From: an uncultured bacterium
GTDB lineage: Bacteria; Babelota; Babeliae; Babelales; Vermiphilaceae
Length of the DNA: 64,000 bases
Assembly: GCA_963701085.1 (NCBI GenBank)
Contig: OY969561.1
Span: forward strand, 896,001-960,000
Direction: 5' to 3'
Positions 62,714 to 64,000 of this stretch are shown piece after piece (position 1 is the stretch's first letter; every line of letters starts with the position of its first letter). The notes under the pieces are model-generated. The model was not told the origin of the DNA, made no database searches, and worked only from the letters and a program-made list of their open reading frames with translations. The translations under genes were made by a program, and so were the position numbers.

Positions 62714-64000
62714 TTATCTGCCTGGCTCAAACTCAACTTGAATTCTTCTGCCTTTAAACGTTGTATCTTTTAACGTTTTAACAATAGCTTGCGCTTTTTT
62801 GTTATCATCAACGGTAAAGAATGAACGTGTATTTTGCATTGAAACACGTGATACACATGATCCATCAACAGCAGATGTTGTAGTGATAAACTTAATCAAC
62901 GCTTCTTTGTTCATGTAGTCAATTTTTCCTACATTAATAAAGAGTCGCGATTCATCTCTGCCATTACTGCTAAATCGGCTGCCTGATGAATAATTATCAG
63001 CACTACCATTACTTCCTCTGCCTCTGACTTCTCCTCTATTCCATCCCGCTCGTCCTGCTGAGCTTGCTGAAGAATCTCTATCTCTATACGCATCATAGCT
63101 ACTTGCAGATGTGTTTAGATTTGGCGATTTTTTGTAATGAAGCAACATTTCACTACACTGTAATGAAAATATACGTTCAATAATTTCTTCTTTAGTCAGC
63201 GCTTGCAATGATTGCTGAACTGCTGGTAAATAAGGTTTAATAACATCATTAACCGGAGTTTCAATCAATTTTTGTGCAAAATGATCTAACTGTTTTTGAC
63301 ACAATTGATCACCAGTTGGAACCTGGATAGGTTTAATAACAAGATTCAATTGCTGTTCTATCATTTTAATTTTACGCAATGATGAACCAATAATAATGGA
63401 TACACCAGATTTACCCGCACGTGCTGTACGACCACTTCTATGAGTGTAGTTTTCAATATCATCTGGTAAATTGCAATGCAATACATGAGTAACGCCTTCA
63501 ACGTCAATACCACGCGCCGCAACGTCGGTTGCAACGAGCACTTGTATTTTCTTGTCTCTGAACTTTTTCATAACTGCATCACGTTGTGGCTGAGACAAAT
63601 CTCCGTGCAATGCATCGGAAATATAACCAGCGCTAATCAACTGTGAACTCATTTCTTGTGCATCACGCTTAGTACGACAAAATACGATACCAAACATATC
63701 AGGATAAAGATCAATAAAACGTCTTACCGCGCCATAAATATCAGCACTTCTGACGATACAATATTGATGTTCAATATTAGTTGCACCACTATTACGTGAA
63801 CCTACCGTAATTTGTAACGGATTGCTCATGTATGTATGTGCTATTTTTTCAATTTTAGGTTGCATGGTTGCAGAAAACAACCATATTTTCTTTTCTTTTG
63901 GCGTAGACTTTAAAATTTCATCGATATCTTCTTGGAAGCCCATATCCAACATTTGGTCAGCTTCATCAAGAACAACACGACCAATATTACTTAAATTAAT
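62714..64000 (-). CDS. DEAD-box RNA helicase with DbpA-type RNA-binding C-terminus (5' end outside window)
   Basis: VLDEAD at window edge, FSAT, ATDVAARGID, HRSGRTAR. Confidence 0.93.
   Translation of the reverse strand: MNLSNIGRVVLDEADQMLDMGFQEDIDEILKSTPKEKKIWLFSATMQPKIEKIAHTYMSNPLQITVGSRNSGATNIEHQYCIVRSADIYGAVRRFIDLYPDMFGIVFCRTKRDAQEMSSQLISAGYISDALHGDLSQPQRDAVMKKFRDKKIQVLVATDVAARGIDVEGVTHVLHCNLPDDIENYTHRSGRTARAGKSGVSIIIGSSLRKIKMIEQQLNLVIKPIQVPTGDQLCQKQLDHFAQKLIETPVNDVIKPYLPAVQQSLQALTKEEIIERIFSLQCSEMLLHYKKSPNLNTSASSYDAYRDRDSSASSAGRAGWNRGEVRGRGSNGSADNYSSGSRFSSNGRDESRLFINVGKIDYMNKEALIKFITTTSAVDGSCVSRVSMQNTRSFFTVDDNKKAQAIVKTLKDTTFKGRRIQVEFEPGR

Overview
AT-rich bacterial chromosomal window. 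It most resembles a Candidatus Dependentiae (Babeliae/TM6)-type intracellular parasite of protists; this is an inference from gene content, ankyrin proteins and many signal-peptide ORFans. Housekeeping genes (polA, prmC, ftsY, rnhB, rpsF/rpsR, truA, gpmI, ftsZ/ftsA/ftsQ-like, rlmB, alr, truB, tyrS, valS, ruvA, tRNA-Gly, mnmE, rng, gatB, mutY-like, DEAD helicase) alternate with lineage-specific, probably exported proteins. Most notable: (1) a tandem array of seven small diversified secreted paralogues (plus one dispersed copy) abutting the ftsZ 3' end, whose spacers carry remnants of the ftsZ terminus; (2) duplicated 3' ends of both ftsZ and ftsA flanking palindromes; (3) several nested families of REP-like palindromes that insert at stop codons and in-frame into core genes (three times in gpmI); (4) a recurrent 'signal peptide then Met-Glu/Asp/Gln' mature N-terminus on unrelated candidate effectors; (5) candidate effectors (ART-like paralogues, two kinases, Nudix pair, J-domain, ankyrin/F-box-like); (6) several catalytically dead enzyme homologues. 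Many essential genes carry single-base frameshifts, most likely assembly errors.
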